NCBI GenBank assembly: GCA_963575745.1
Contig: CAUYUJ010000163.1
Location: 62,001 to 117,397 of the forward strand
DNA from: Prorocentrum cordatum
Taxonomy: Eukaryota
DNA: 55,397 nucleotides
Direction of reading: 5' to 3'
Positions 1 through 10,579 of the stretch are shown in pieces; the stretch's first letter is position 1, and every line of letters begins with the position of its first letter. The translations under genes and the position numbers were made by a program. The notes below the pieces were generated by a model, which worked only from the letters and a program-made list of their open reading frames with translations, was not told the origin of the DNA and did no database searches.

Positions 1-137
1 TGTTCCCAGAACACAATTCCCAGGCCACATTTTGAATGCCCGGAGCCAACTGTAGGCCACTTCGTGTTCGTCGTGTTCCCAGAGCGCTCTTCCTGGCACG
101 TATCCACTGGAACGCACCCCTGGGCGCTTTACTCTGA

Positions 138-386
138 AACGAGGACGCTGGCCGCACGGGCGTGTCGGACGAGCAGTGGTGGCTGCGCCTCTACGTCGTG
201 TTCTCCCGCGCCACGTGCGTGCGGAACATGCTGATCCTGCGGCCGCCGCCGCGGGAGTTCCTGGAGCGAGGGCCGCCGGCGTCCTTGCGGAAGGCGCTGC
301 TGGAGTTCGACAAGAGAGCGGTTTTGTCCAGGGCGGAGGCGGAGCAGTTCGCGGCAAAGCTGGGCTTCGTGCCGCCTCCCGCCTGA
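138..386 (+). pseudogene. C-terminal fragment of a probable PIF1/Helitron-type SF1 helicase
   Basis: The frame reads NEDAGRTGVSDEQWWLRLYVVFSRATCVRNMLILRPPP...*; YVVFSRA resembles SF1 helicase motif VI (YVALSRA). Upstream motifs are not in the window. Confidence 0.5.
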
Positions 387-987
387 GCGTGGCTGCGCCC
401 CGCTCGAAGCCCGCGGGGTTGTCCCAACGGTTTGGTCTTGCGCGCCAGCGGCTCGCGGGGTGGCCCCGACAGCTTGGCCCGCGGGGTTGCCCCGGCGGCT
501 GCGCGACGCGGCCATCAGAAAACGCGCCAGTCCAGTGCTGGCCGAGGCGGCGACGGCGCCGAGGAACATCGACTTGCTTGCCCCGCCCAGGGGGAGGGGG
601 AGGTGCACGTAGAGAAGCGGCAGGAGGAAGATGAGGAGGGGGAGGGTATGGGGGAGGGCGATGATAAGGAGGAGGTGGAGAAGGAGGAGGGGGAGGTAGA
701 CGGAGGGGGAAGGGAGAAATAGAAGAAGGAGGGGAAAGAGAGGGCAAAGGAGAGGGCGAGAGGAGGGTGTTTGCCATGGCCAGGACGAAAAGGAGAAGGG
801 CACGCAAAACAGACTATCATGTGGGGTCCTTCCGTCGGAGAATTTGGGATTTTTTGTGTATTCTTGGGGCATTGTTAATTTAATCGCTTCAATCATTCCG
901 CCGGCCAGGATTGTGCCCTCGCTGGCGTTTGGGCTTTTGGGGGCCTTTGGGGGTCCTCGTTGGGGGTTTCTTGGGGGCCTCGTGGGA

Positions 988-1085
988 TGGTTTGTGCTTG
1001 CACGTGAAGGAAGTCAAGAGGGGGTTTTCAATCTGTCGCCCCTTTGGCTCCGCTCTTTCTTGCATCACATTGCTTCTCTGGTCCC
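988..1085 (+). repeat. Split direct repeat A1 (partner A2 7396-7493)
   Basis: tggtttgtgcttgcacgtgaagg...ctctggtccc occurs twice, 96/98 identical. Confidence 0.95.
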
Positions 1086-1092
1086 GAGGCTG

Positions 1093-1538
1093 ATGGCCGC
1101 GGTCGCCATCCCTGGCGGGGCGGCCGCGTTGCCGGCCTGGGCAGTGCTGGCTCTGGAGGCGCGGCGTTTTTCGCGCCGGGCTGGGGCCGGGGGCGGCCGA
1201 GCTGCCCAGACCTCTCGTGCCCTGCCTGCCCGGCGTGCCCGGAGGCGGCGGCGTGCGCGGCCTGCCCGGAGCTGGCGGTCTGCGCCGCCTGCCCAGCCTG
1301 CGAGCCGCCGCCGTTCGCGGCGTGCCCGGCGTGCGAGCCGCCGCCGTGCGCGGCCTGCCCGGCCTGCGAGGCTCGGGCGTGCCCTGAGCCGACGGCCGGG
1401 GAGAAGGCTGTGGAGAGGCTAGTGGGGGCGTTGCTGGGCGGCCTGGTGCACTGGCTGGTGGCAAAAATCGTCGGCCGCCGTCATGGCGGCACTCGTGGCG
1501 TGGCTCCGCGGCGACGCGGGGCGGGAGTGGTGGACTAA
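1093..1538 (+). pseudogene. Element ORF1: small Cys/Pro-rich protein with two hydrophobic segments (one frameshift ~1160)
   Basis: ATG 1093 gives MAAVAIPGGAAALPAWAVLALE, then a frame change to AFFAPGWG..CPDLSCPACPACPEAAACAAC.. (15 Cys) ..LVGALLGGLVHWLVAKIVGRRH; overlaps the gag-like start. Confidence 0.6.
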
Positions 1539-2925
1539 GGCGCTCCCAGGCGAGCGCGTGGTCTGCCGCCTCGCCGACGAGGACGTTGACCACGAGCTGG
1601 TGCTGACGCACTACCCGGGGAGCGGACAGTGGTTTGTCCTGACCCCGGGCGTGGACATCTACGCTGAGGACCTGAGCTGCAGCGACCCAGAGAGCAGGCC
1701 CTCGCGGGCCCTCCCCTTGGCGCTGCGTGCTCGCAGGATGAGGAGGCTGTACCGCTTGCGGGAGCGACTGGGGCCCGACGAGCTGGGCGACGCGCGGCAG
1801 CGCGGTCGTGAGACGGCGCTCGAGCGGGACGCCACCCTGCCCGAGCCGAGGGAGGCCTCGGCCGCTGACGGCCAACAGGTCATCTGGCAGGAGGCCGCAG
1901 GCAGGCTGTCGGCCGGGAGGCGTGCCCGCTCGCTGCGCCTTGGCTCGGCCATGGGCCAGATGGGCGGGCGACGGCTGGAGGCCCCAAGGGCAGGACAGGC
2001 CTGGATCGCCCTCAGCGGTGGGCCGGGCATCGCGATCGGGACGGAGGTGGACGTGGCGAACACAGACGGCGTGAGCTTCGAGGACGGGGTCGTGCCGTTC
2101 GGCGTTTTGAATAACGCTCGTACTCTCTGGGTCGACTACGACGAGCAGGGAGAGTGGTTCAGGCGATGGACAGTCGTCGTGGGCGAGTCGTGTCAGGTGT
2201 GCCACCCCGACGTGAAGGTGGACGGGCCGCCCGGGGCTCTCCACATGAGCAAGCACGTGGAGAGGCGTGGGGGCGACCCTCGGCTCTGGCTCGACGTCGT
2301 CGTCCGCGCGAAAAGGCTCGGCCAGGGAGATTGCGAGACCATCGTGGAGGCCCTGTGTCAATGCGGGGTCTACGACCAGCTGGACATGGGCGGCCTGATG
2401 ATGGTGGAGGTGATGACGCGCCGCGTGGTGGCGGTGGTGGATGCCTACGCGGGCCCGTTCAAGCCGAGCGGGACGATTGCGCGTTTCGTCGAGGGCGCGA
2501 GCTCGGAGGAGGACGTCTCGGGGCCCAAGCTCAGGGGCTACGTCCACCGGCGGGTGAAGGGGCGGCACGAGATGGAGCAGGTGCAGAACTGGGCGCGGAC
2601 GCCGCGCGGGGCGCCTCCTGAGGCAGTCGAGGGAGCAGAAGGAGCTGGAGGTGACGCGGCTGGTGCGGGGCGTGGTGGCGGCCGAGGCGGCCGCGGACGC
2701 GTCCGGGCCAGGGGCGTCGCCTCCGCGGGGCCATGGCGGCCCCAGGGCCCGGGGGCTCCAGCCCCTCCCCCGGGCCCTTTTTGCCGGGGCACGACGGTGG
2801 CCGCCTGCCGCCCTCGCGCGGAGCCCGCAGTTTCCTGCCGCTCCCGCTGTTGGGTGACGCAGGCCGCCGAATTCGCAGCAGGTCTTGCCGGGCCAGGCAT
2901 TTCGGGCGGGGGGCTCGGATCTTGA
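1483..2925 (+). CDS. Gag-like protein of the YR retrotransposon
   Basis: 480-aa ORF immediately before and overlapping pol; helical-looking core (GVYDQLDMGGLMMVEVMTRR) and RGG-rich basic tail (GRGGGRGGRGR). Assigned by position. Confidence 0.65.
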   Translation: MAALVAWLRGDAGREWWTKALPGERVVCRLADEDVDHELVLTHYPGSGQWFVLTPGVDIYAEDLSCSDPESRPSRALPLALRARRMRRLYRLRERLGPDELGDARQRGRETALERDATLPEPREASAADGQQVIWQEAAGRLSAGRRARSLRLGSAMGQMGGRRLEAPRAGQAWIALSGGPGIAIGTEVDVANTDGVSFEDGVVPFGVLNNARTLWVDYDEQGEWFRRWTVVVGESCQVCHPDVKVDGPPGALHMSKHVERRGGDPRLWLDVVVRAKRLGQGDCETIVEALCQCGVYDQLDMGGLMMVEVMTRRVVAVVDAYAGPFKPSGTIARFVEGASSEEDVSGPKLRGYVHRRVKGRHEMEQVQNWARTPRGAPPEAVEGAEGAGGDAAGAGRGGGRGGRGRVRARGVASAGPWRPQGPGAPAPPPGPFCRGTTVAACRPRAEPAVSCRSRCWVTQAAEFAAGLAGPGISGGGLGS

Positions 2926-5010
2926 GCGAGGTTAACGGGATCGTCGACGCCATCAACTGGATGTCGGGTTACGATTCGCAGCCAGGCCCTGCCAATGGCA
3001 TGCAGCGAGATGTACTTGCGCGCTTCGAGGGCCTCGTTCGGGGCCGGCAGCCGGACGCCAAGTTGCACGAGCCGCAGGCGGCCCTCCGGGAGCTGCTGCG
3101 GGGCCGCTCGCCCTATGACGGGCGCATCGGCCCGACGACGGTCGCCTCCTACAGTGCAGGGCTTGTCAGCATGCCGACGGACGTGAGGGACTGCCCACGT
3201 CTCGAGGACCTGTTGCCTGGCGAGGCCCTTGCCTTCCTGCAGGAGCGCCAAGAGCGCATGCTACGACCAGCACCTTTGCCGACCGACATCGAGCCGTATT
3301 TCGACTCGGTCCTCAAGTTCAACCGCAAAGAGTACCGCGGCCTGGTGCGCCGGCTGCTGTCGGCTGGCATGCTGGGGTGGACTCTATCACCGAAGGAGAG
3401 AATCGGGATGTTTTGTGTGGAAGGATGGGCGACGGCGACTCCGCCTCATAGTCGACGCCCGCCGTGCGAACGCCCGCTTCAGGGACCCCCCTGGGGTGGG
3501 GCTTTTAAGCAGCGAGGGCCTTGCCAGGATCGAAGTGCACCTGCCTGAGGAGGGGCTCTCGAACTACGAAGACCTCCGCGTCGCGCTGGAGGCGCAGCAG
3601 GTGTACATCGGCATGGCGGACATGAAGGATTGTTTTCACCGAGTGCGGATCGACGCAGCTCTCTCGCGAAGCTTCTGCCTGCCTCCTGTCAAGGCGGGGG
3701 CCTTCGGCGTTTCCGAGGTCGAGGGGGCCGAGGTGCAGGCGTCGACGGCGATCTACCCGTGCTGGCAGGGGCTGCCCATGGGCTTCAGCTGGTCGCTCTA
3801 CTTTGCCCTGCGGGCCAACGAGGAGGTCAGCCGCCGCGGCAGCCCGCTCCTGAGGGAGCCTGGTCTCTCGGACCACGGGCCGCCGCTCGTGTTCGCGCCT
3901 GGCCGGGCGCCCCCGGAGATCAGGCACTGCGTCTACGTCGACGACCTGGGGGTGTTCTCGCTCTTCTCCCAGCTCGTGAGCGGCGTGGTGGACCAGCTGA
4001 CCGGCGAGTTCACCGAGCTGAACCTGCTGCTGCGCAAGGACGAGCTGGTGTCGGGGATGGCGGTGGCGCTCGGTGCCGAGATCAACGGCGGGCGGCTGCG
4101 CGCCCGGGTGACCGGTGATCGGTTCTGGCGCTGCCGCCAAGCCGTGCGGGGCCTTCCTGCCCGCCGCCGAGTCAAGGGCTGGGCAGTGGAAGCCGTGATG
4201 GGCCATCTGACCTTCTGCGGCCTCTGCTCGCGCGGCACCCTGTCGGCTTTCGATTCAGTGCACGGCTTCGCGCGGGCGCGCTACGACGACGCGGCCGTGC
4301 TATGGGCCGAGGCGCGGCGAGGGCTGGCCGCCTTCAGCTCCCTGATGTACTTTTTAGAGTCAGACTGGTGGCTGCCTTGGAACCCGATGGCGCAGCAGTC
4401 GGATGCCAGCCACCACGGCTACGGACTGGCGAGGGCCTTCTGGCCGCGGGAGCTGGTGGAGTCGGTCGGGCGCGTGCCTGAGCGGGCCCGCTTTCGCCGG
4501 CGCTGAGCGCGCAGCGCTCGGGAGGCCGCGCTCTGTGCCGCCGGCTTCGGTATGAGCGAGAGTGGAAAGTGGGGACTCAGGGGCCTGCCCGACGATGAGG
4601 AGGAGCTGAGCCAGTGGGACGTTGTGGGGGACTTTCCAGAAGTGCCCGCCCAGGGGCTCCGCGCAAGCCTGTGGGGGCCCTGTTTCGCTAGAGCCTGGCA
4701 GCACCCCGAAGGGATCCTCACCCTTGAGGCCCGGGCCCTGGTCAGCAGCATCCATCGTATCGCCACCGCGGTCTTCGGGTCCCACATGCGACAGCTCCTG
4801 CTATGTGATAATATGTCGGTCGTGCTAAGCTTCAATCGAGGCAGAAGTTCGTGTTTCAACCTGTTGATCCAGATTCGTCGATTTCACGCAGTCTGTCTGA
4901 GCCGTAATATCCGCTGTTCGATTCGATGGATACCCAGCGAGCTCAACTGTGCCGACCTCCCCTCGCGGCTGTTTGACCCCGACGGCGCAAAGTCCACTCT
5001 TCTGGCTGAG
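2733..5010 (+). pseudogene. Reverse transcriptase-RNase H (pol), disrupted
   Basis: RT: RLIVDAR, ADMKDCFH, LPMGFSWS, YVDD (3934-3945). RNase H: SDAS, LEARAL, CDNMSV, WIPSELNCADLPSR. Frameshift near 3415-3420 (IGMFCV/WKDG) and in-frame TGA at 4504-4506. Confidence 0.92.
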
Positions 5011-5529
5011 TTGTTGGAGCTCGAGCTTTCACGAGTGGGCCCAGGGCGGGGCCCCGCTTGGCCCGCGCCCGAGCGCGCGCCCGGGAGCGCCGCAGCCCGC
5101 GATGCCGCCCGCGCGCCCCCGAGCACCGGGCGTGCGTGGCCGCCGCTCTCGGAGCCCTCACCGGCGCCCCCGCCAGCTGGCGCCGTCTCGGCCGGAGCCC
5201 GGCCCGCAGGCGCCGGCGGGCAGCCAGGGGGCGTGGCGCGGCCGGCAGCGAGTCCCTGCTCCGCCGATAGAGCCACCGCCGTTGCTGGTGGCTCGGCGGG
5301 AGCGTCAGCTGAGCGAGTCGAGGCACTTGAGGGCGGCCGTGTTGGGCCGTCCTCATCCACGGAGCCTGGGGACCTGGCGAGGCTGCCTGTGCCGGCGGAG
5401 CCCGCGCGGGGAGTGCCAGAGAGCGTCGGCTCCTCCGACAGCGGGAGCTCCGAGCCCGAGGTCGTGACCGGCGCCGCGCGGCGGCGCAGGCTCGCGCAGT
5501 CGCAGCCGCGCCGAGCCCGCCACTACGGT

Positions 5530-6540
5530 ATGCCAGCCAGCGAGGAGGGCCTCTCCCTCCTGGAGCGGGAGGCGGTGCGGGCCCCGACGCAGCGCGAGTA
5601 CCAGCAGGCCTGGGACGGCTGGCGGGACTTTGCCCGTCTAAGCTGGCCCTTGGTGGTCGTCGAGAAGGTCGTGAAGGGCTGGGGCGACCCCGTGGTAGAC
5701 CCGGCGCTGGTGACCTACCTGAGCGGCTTGTACCAGGCCGGGGCCCACCTCTCCTGGGCCGAGAAGTTGATGGCGGGCGAGCTGCGCTTCAACCCGGACT
5801 TCTCAGGCTATGGCGCCCGGCGCCTCCCCCGGGCCTGGAGATGCCTCCGGGCCTGGCGGCGCCCGGGGCCGCCGCGGACGAGGCAGCCGTGGGCGCTGGC
5901 GATGTGGTGCGCGATGGCGTGGCGCATGCAGGCTTGGGGCAGCCTCCAGATGGCGGTGTTCACCTCGGTAGCGGGGGGCGTGTGCGGCCGCCCCAGCAGC
6001 CTCCTGCTCCTGAAGCCGACCTACCTGGTGCCGCCGGCTGTGGGCGCGTGCGAATTCTGGACCTTGAGACTCTTCCCGAAGGAGGAGGACCGGCGGGGCA
6101 AGACGGGCCTGGGCGACGAGGCTCTGGAGTTAGACTTGCCCTGGATTCGCTTCTTGGACCCCGTGCTGCACCGGCCGGAAAAGGAGGGGCGCCCCGAATG
6201 CCTGTGGAACTTCATGTACCCCGAGTACTGGCAGAGGTTCAGCCTGCGCCTGCAGGGGCTGCAGGTGAAGGCCAAGGTGGTGCCGCATCAGATGCGCCAC
6301 TCGGGGGCCTCACTAGACATGGCGAGGAGGTGGCGGCGGTTGGCCGACGGGCAGACGCGCGGCCAGTGGAAGACCACCCGCAGCGTCGCCCTCTTCGAGA
6401 ACCATGCCCGGCTGGCGACCACACGGGCGACGCTGAGCAGCGCCCCGCAAAGCGTGTTCCTGGTCTACGAGGCTCAGCTCGCGGACATCATTTTGGGTCG
6501 CGCCTCGCCGGTCGACTCGCGGGAGCTCGGCCCCGCCTGA
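5530..6540 (+). CDS. Tyrosine recombinase domain (in frame with RNase H via a Pro/Ala-rich linker); catalytic Tyr position reads Phe
   Basis: R (GRPSSLL), K (GKTG), HxxR (HQMRH 6286-6300), W (GQW) and SVALFEN with TTC at 6394-6396 where Tyr is expected. Confidence 0.88.
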   Translation: MPASEEGLSLLEREAVRAPTQREYQQAWDGWRDFARLSWPLVVVEKVVKGWGDPVVDPALVTYLSGLYQAGAHLSWAEKLMAGELRFNPDFSGYGARRLPRAWRCLRAWRRPGPPRTRQPWALAMWCAMAWRMQAWGSLQMAVFTSVAGGVCGRPSSLLLLKPTYLVPPAVGACEFWTLRLFPKEEDRRGKTGLGDEALELDLPWIRFLDPVLHRPEKEGRPECLWNFMYPEYWQRFSLRLQGLQVKAKVVPHQMRHSGASLDMARRWRRLADGQTRGQWKTTRSVALFENHARLATTRATLSSAPQSVFLVYEAQLADIILGRASPVDSRELGPA

Positions 6541-6551
6541 CCGGCCGCTAC

Positions 6552-7289
6552 ATGGCGGACTGCTTCAGCGGCAAGGGGGGCGTCGGGCGCGCCGCGATGG
6601 CGATGGGAGTGCCGGTCAGGTTCTGGGACGCGCTGCACGGGCCAAGCGGCGACCTCACCACGCGGTCAGTCTTGAGAGGCCTGTGCTCGGACATCGCTGC
6701 GAGCCGCGTCCTGGCCGTAATGCTTGCCCCGCCGTGCGGGCCCTGGGCCACCGCAGCCGACCGAGCGGGTGCCATCCGTTCCGCCTCGCAGCCTTGGGGG
6801 CCCCCGCGGCATCTTCTGAGTGAAAAGCAGCTGGCCCGCCTGGCGTCTGGGAACAAGACCATGCGGGCCGCGTTGGCCATCATCAGATGTTGTGAAAAGT
6901 TTAGGGTCCCTTGTATACTCGAGCACCCAGTGAATTCACGCGTGTTTTTTACGAGAGAGGTTCAGGGGGTTATAGGTCGGGGGACCATTGTGAGATGTCT
7001 CGACCAGTGTCAAGAAGGGGCCCGTTGGCGGAAACGAACCAGATTCCTGCGTCTCAACGTTGGTGTTCTGGACAGCAGTTGTCTCGACCGTAGGTGTTGT
7101 CAGATTAACGGAATTTGCTCCAAGTCTGGCCGTCATCACATCGTGCTTGAGGGCAACGCCCCGAATGGTGCGAAATGGACGGCTATCGCCGCTGCTTATC
7201 CGCCGGCCCTCAATAGGAAGCTAGCCAAAGTCCTCTTGAGCGATTGGCGCGCGTCTTTATATAATCGCCCTTGCCCGCCCACCCAGTAA
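6552..7289 (+). CDS. C5 cytosine DNA methyltransferase-like protein
   Basis: Motif I DCFSGKGG (6558-), motif IV PPC (6729-6737), motif VI-like LEHP (6918-), motif VIII-like CLDQC..RKRT, C-terminal AAYPPAL. The ORF is uninterrupted and its frame stays open upstream across YR. Confidence 0.8.
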   Translation: MADCFSGKGGVGRAAMAMGVPVRFWDALHGPSGDLTTRSVLRGLCSDIAASRVLAVMLAPPCGPWATAADRAGAIRSASQPWGPPRHLLSEKQLARLASGNKTMRAALAIIRCCEKFRVPCILEHPVNSRVFFTREVQGVIGRGTIVRCLDQCQEGARWRKRTRFLRLNVGVLDSSCLDRRCCQINGICSKSGRHHIVLEGNAPNGAKWTAIAAAYPPALNRKLAKVLLSDWRASLYNRPCPPTQ

Positions 7290-7309
7290 ACATTCTTGGG
7301 AACGGCTTG

Positions 7310-7651
7310 GGTTGATGGTGCCTCTCTGCTGAGCGCATGGACGCGCAGCCGATCGTTCATCCGTGTCCCCGCCTTGAAAAGATCTCGGGACGTCCTGGTT
7401 TGTGCTTGCACGTGAAGGAAGTCAAGAGGGGGTTTTCAATATGTCGCCCCTTTGGCTCCGCTCTTTCTTGCATCACATAGCTTCTCTGGTCCCCCGCCCC
7501 CCCGAACCCTCTCAAGCATGCGTGTGCGCATCTCTGCATTTACTTTGTCTCATTTTTCTCTCTATGGTTGATGGCGCCTCTCTGCTGAGCGCATGGACGC
7601 GCAGCCGATCGTTCATCCGTGCCCCCGCCTTGAAAAGATTTCGGGACGTCC
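7310..7651 (+). repeat. 3' terminal block B1-A2-spacer-B2
   Basis: The B1/A2 junction gggacgtcc|tggtttgtg (7395/7396) reproduces the element's right end joined to its left end. Confidence 0.95.
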
Positions 7652-7759
7652 TTCTGTTGGAGCCTCTTTGGGGTTTCTTGGAGCTCTTTTGGGAGCATTT
7701 GGGAGCATCTTGGGGCTTCTGGGAGCCGCTTGAGAGTCGGTCGGGAGCTTCTTGGGGGC

Positions 7760-8800
7760 CTCGTGAGGGCCTTTTGGGGGCCTCCTGGGACTTGAAAGGG
7801 GCCTCTTGGCGCTTCCTGGGGGCTTCTTAGGGCCGAGGGCTCGATATGTTGTTTCGTGTCCCCCCTCTTGGGCTTCTCTTAGAGCGTTCTTGGGGCCCTC
7901 TTGGGCCGTCTTGGAGGCCTCTTGGGCCGTGTTGGAACCCTTTTGGGCCGTCTTGGGGCCCTGTCGGAGGCCTCTCGGGCCTCTTAGGGCGATCTTGGAG
8001 GCCTCTTGGGCCGTCTTGGGGCGTCGCGATGCCGAAAAGGTGGGAACGCCAAAATCCCCCCAAAACCTAAAGAAGAACAGTGAATTGTGCCTCTTGGGGC
8101 CCTCTTGAGAGTGCTCTTGAGAGCCTCGTGGGGCGTCTGGGGGCTATCTCGAGGGCTTTTTGGGGGCCTCCTGGGGCTTGAAAGGGGCCTCTTTGCGCCT
8201 CCTGGGGGCTTCTTAGGGCCGAGGGCTCGACATGTTGTTTCGTGTCCCCCTTCTGGGGCTTTTCTTAGAGCGTTCTTGGGGCCCTCTTGGGCCGTCTTGG
8301 AGGCCTCTTGGGCCGTGTTGGAACCCTTTTGGGCCGTCTTGGGGCGCTGTCGGAGGCCTCTCGGCCCTCGTGGGGCGATCTTGGGGGCCTCTTGGGCCGT
8401 CTTGGGGCGTCGCGATGCCGAAAAGGTGGAGAGACGCCAGAATCCCCCCAAAACCCAAAGAAAAACATTGAATTGTGCCTCTTGGGGTCCTCTTGGGGGT
8501 GCTCTTGAAAGCCTCGTTGGGCGTCTGGGGGCTATCCCGAAGGCCTTTTGGGGGCCTCCTGGGGCTTGAAAGTCGCCTCCTGGCGCCTCCTGGGGGCTTC
8601 TTAGGGCCGAGGGCTCGTCTTGGAACCCTTTTGGGCCGTCTTGGGGCCCTGTCGGAGGCCTCTCGGGCGTCTTAGGGCGATCTTGGAGGCCTCTTGGGCC
8701 GTCTTGGGGCGTCGCGATGCCGAAAAGATGGGAACGCCCAAATCTCCCCAAAACCTAAAAAGAATAACGAAGAATTTTGCTTCTTGGGGCTCTCTTTGGA
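7760..8800 (+). repeat. 386-bp tandem units inside the TCTTGG-rich element (also ~42660-43870)
   Basis: Landmarks such as cgtcgcgatgccgaaaagg recur at 386-bp spacing (8022, 8408; 43011, 43397). Confidence 0.85.
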
Positions 8801-10328
8801 GTCTCTTGGGGCTCCTTGGCGGCGTCTTGGGGCCCCCAGGGCCTCTTGGGGGGCTCTTGGAGGCTTCTCAGGGCGGGAGGGGGGGTAGTCGATTGCGGCT
8901 CCCCCCTCGGAGGCCACGATCCTCGTGAAGGGTGTCGAAAATGGCCCTCCACTGGAGTGCTCTGGTTGATCCTCCCGGGACCTTGCCGGGGTACTTTTCG
9001 TCCGGGGACCCCCAGGGGCCGCCCCGCGCGCGCGAACTAGAACTATCGTGAACCAGTTACCGGAGATCTTAGCACGCCTCTGGCCCGTTGGGCCGGCGAA
9101 TTTTTCGCTGGAAATCCCCCTGCAGGGGGACAGGCCCGACTTAATATTAGCTTGCCTATAGGCCTACCAAAGAATGTTCTAAGAACCTTTTGTGGTCTGC
9201 AGGGAATGTTATCAGAACATTTCTGGCTGAATCTGTCGCACCGGGCATATGTAATATGTTCTAAAACATTGTTTTTGTTCCTAGGACATGGGTTCTAAGA
9301 ACATGTCGTTAGGCCTATAGGAATGCCAGGACGGTCGGTCCTTGCTCAAAGAGCGCCGGATCCTGCATGACCCGCAGGGTCCTGCAGGATCCTGCAGGAC
9401 AGGGCGCAGGATCCAGTGTAGGATCCTGCGGGATCCTGCCGAGCTCGGTTGACCCGGATCTGCATTGACCCGGGTCAGCAGATCCCCGATTCACTGGAAA
9501 CCTTTCGAGTAAGGGCCAACAGCTCCTCGGACTTCCTGCGCGCCGTACATCCCTGTGGCAAGCCAGGGGGCCCCAGACCCCCTCGCGACGTGAAACAAAA
9601 ATCAGGACGGACGGTTTTTCGTAGTTTTCGGCCCCTGGGGGCCCTCGCGAGGCCTCGCGGCCGTCGAAAACTTGCTCGGAGAAACCGGTCCCAGGGAATG
9701 GGCCGAGACTTCTAGGGATCGCGCATGGAAATTAGCCTGGCGAAGGACCCAACCATCTGCAGTTGTGAGTACCGGAATTGTGAATATCTTTTTCGGTTGC
9801 GCTGCTCCCTATGGGGCCATGAACCGTATGAGGGGTGCGCCGAATTTCGTGGCGGGGTACACAACACGAGCGAAGACGATAGGTCTAATTACGAGAAACG
9901 GAGCGCGGGGGAGTCTGAGCGCGAGTGAGTTTGAGTGTGAATGAGTCTGTGTGCGAGTGTGTATAGTTGCATGAATTCGAGCATGGCCACGCCTGGTGTG
10001 TGTATATATATATATATATGTTTATATACATATACGAATGTGAATGGTTCACGTATGCCTGACCCTGAGTACTCGTTACACTGAGCGTGGCCGCCGCAAG
10101 AAACTTCCCCTGGAACCCCGACAGCAGCGCCCGCACGCCGCGACGCCCATGTCGGCACGCTCCTCACGAGGATCGCGCCCGCTTCCTTCCCGTTCTTTTT
10201 CTCCCTCTTTGCCCGTGCGCGCCCATGTCCAAGGCTGCGGGCGCGGCGCTGCACGGAGTCCCCGCGACGCGCGTTGGTCGCCCTCGAAGGGTCCCGGCGA
10301 CGCGCGCGGGTCGTCCGCTGCGCGGAGC

Positions 10329-10360
<32 letters not shown>

Positions 10361-10579
10361 CTAGCTGGCTGGCTGATAGCGGGCAAGGCTGTGGCCGCTG
10401 GGCAAAGCGACGACGGGGGCGAGCGAGGCTCTGGGCAGAGCGCAGCGCGGAATTCCCGCGACGCGCGCTGGTCGCCCTGAGAGGGTCCCAGCGACGCGCG
10501 CGGGCCGCCCGCGGCGCGAGGCCAAACAGTCATACCGTCGAGAGACGGCGAGGCTCTGGCGCGCCGCTCCTCAGGTCAA

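Larger units (their letters stand above)
988..7651 (+). mobile_element. Tyrosine-recombinase (DIRS order, Ngaro/PAT-like split-direct-repeat) retrotransposon carrying a C5-MTase-like ORF; decayed copy
   Basis: A1 988-1085 = A2 7396-7493 (98 bp, 2 mismatches); B1 7310-7395 = B2 7566-7651 (86 bp, 3 mismatches). RT, RNase H and YR motifs lie inside. The flanks rejoin to match the empty site at 42551-42570 with no TSD (1-bp T ambiguity). Confidence 0.95.
879..9101 (+). mobile_element. Non-autonomous TCTTGG-rich repeat element (possibly Helitron2/Helentron-like), interrupted by the YR retrotransposon
   Basis: 879-987 plus 7652-9101 are colinear with the uninterrupted copy at 42449-44083. It has internal 386-bp tandem units and a 3' end cttagcacgcctctGGCCCgttGGGCCggcgaattt with a hairpin; cgccggcc near the 5' end is inverted at the 3' end. 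The class assignment is tentative. Confidence 0.7.

Noticed and set aside
889..2568. 559-aa minus-strand ORF (also 3505-4206, 28277-28900)
   Set aside because: Antisense shadows of GC-rich coding sequence with no motifs.
5841..6551. N-terminal extension of the MTase ORF as a separate domain
   Set aside because: Low-complexity alternative frame of YR; MTase motifs start only at ~6552, although frameshift fusion cannot be excluded.
988..7493. LTR retrotransposon (A1/A2 as LTRs)
   Set aside because: No DDE integrase or TSD; the element extends to B2 and encodes a tyrosine recombinase.
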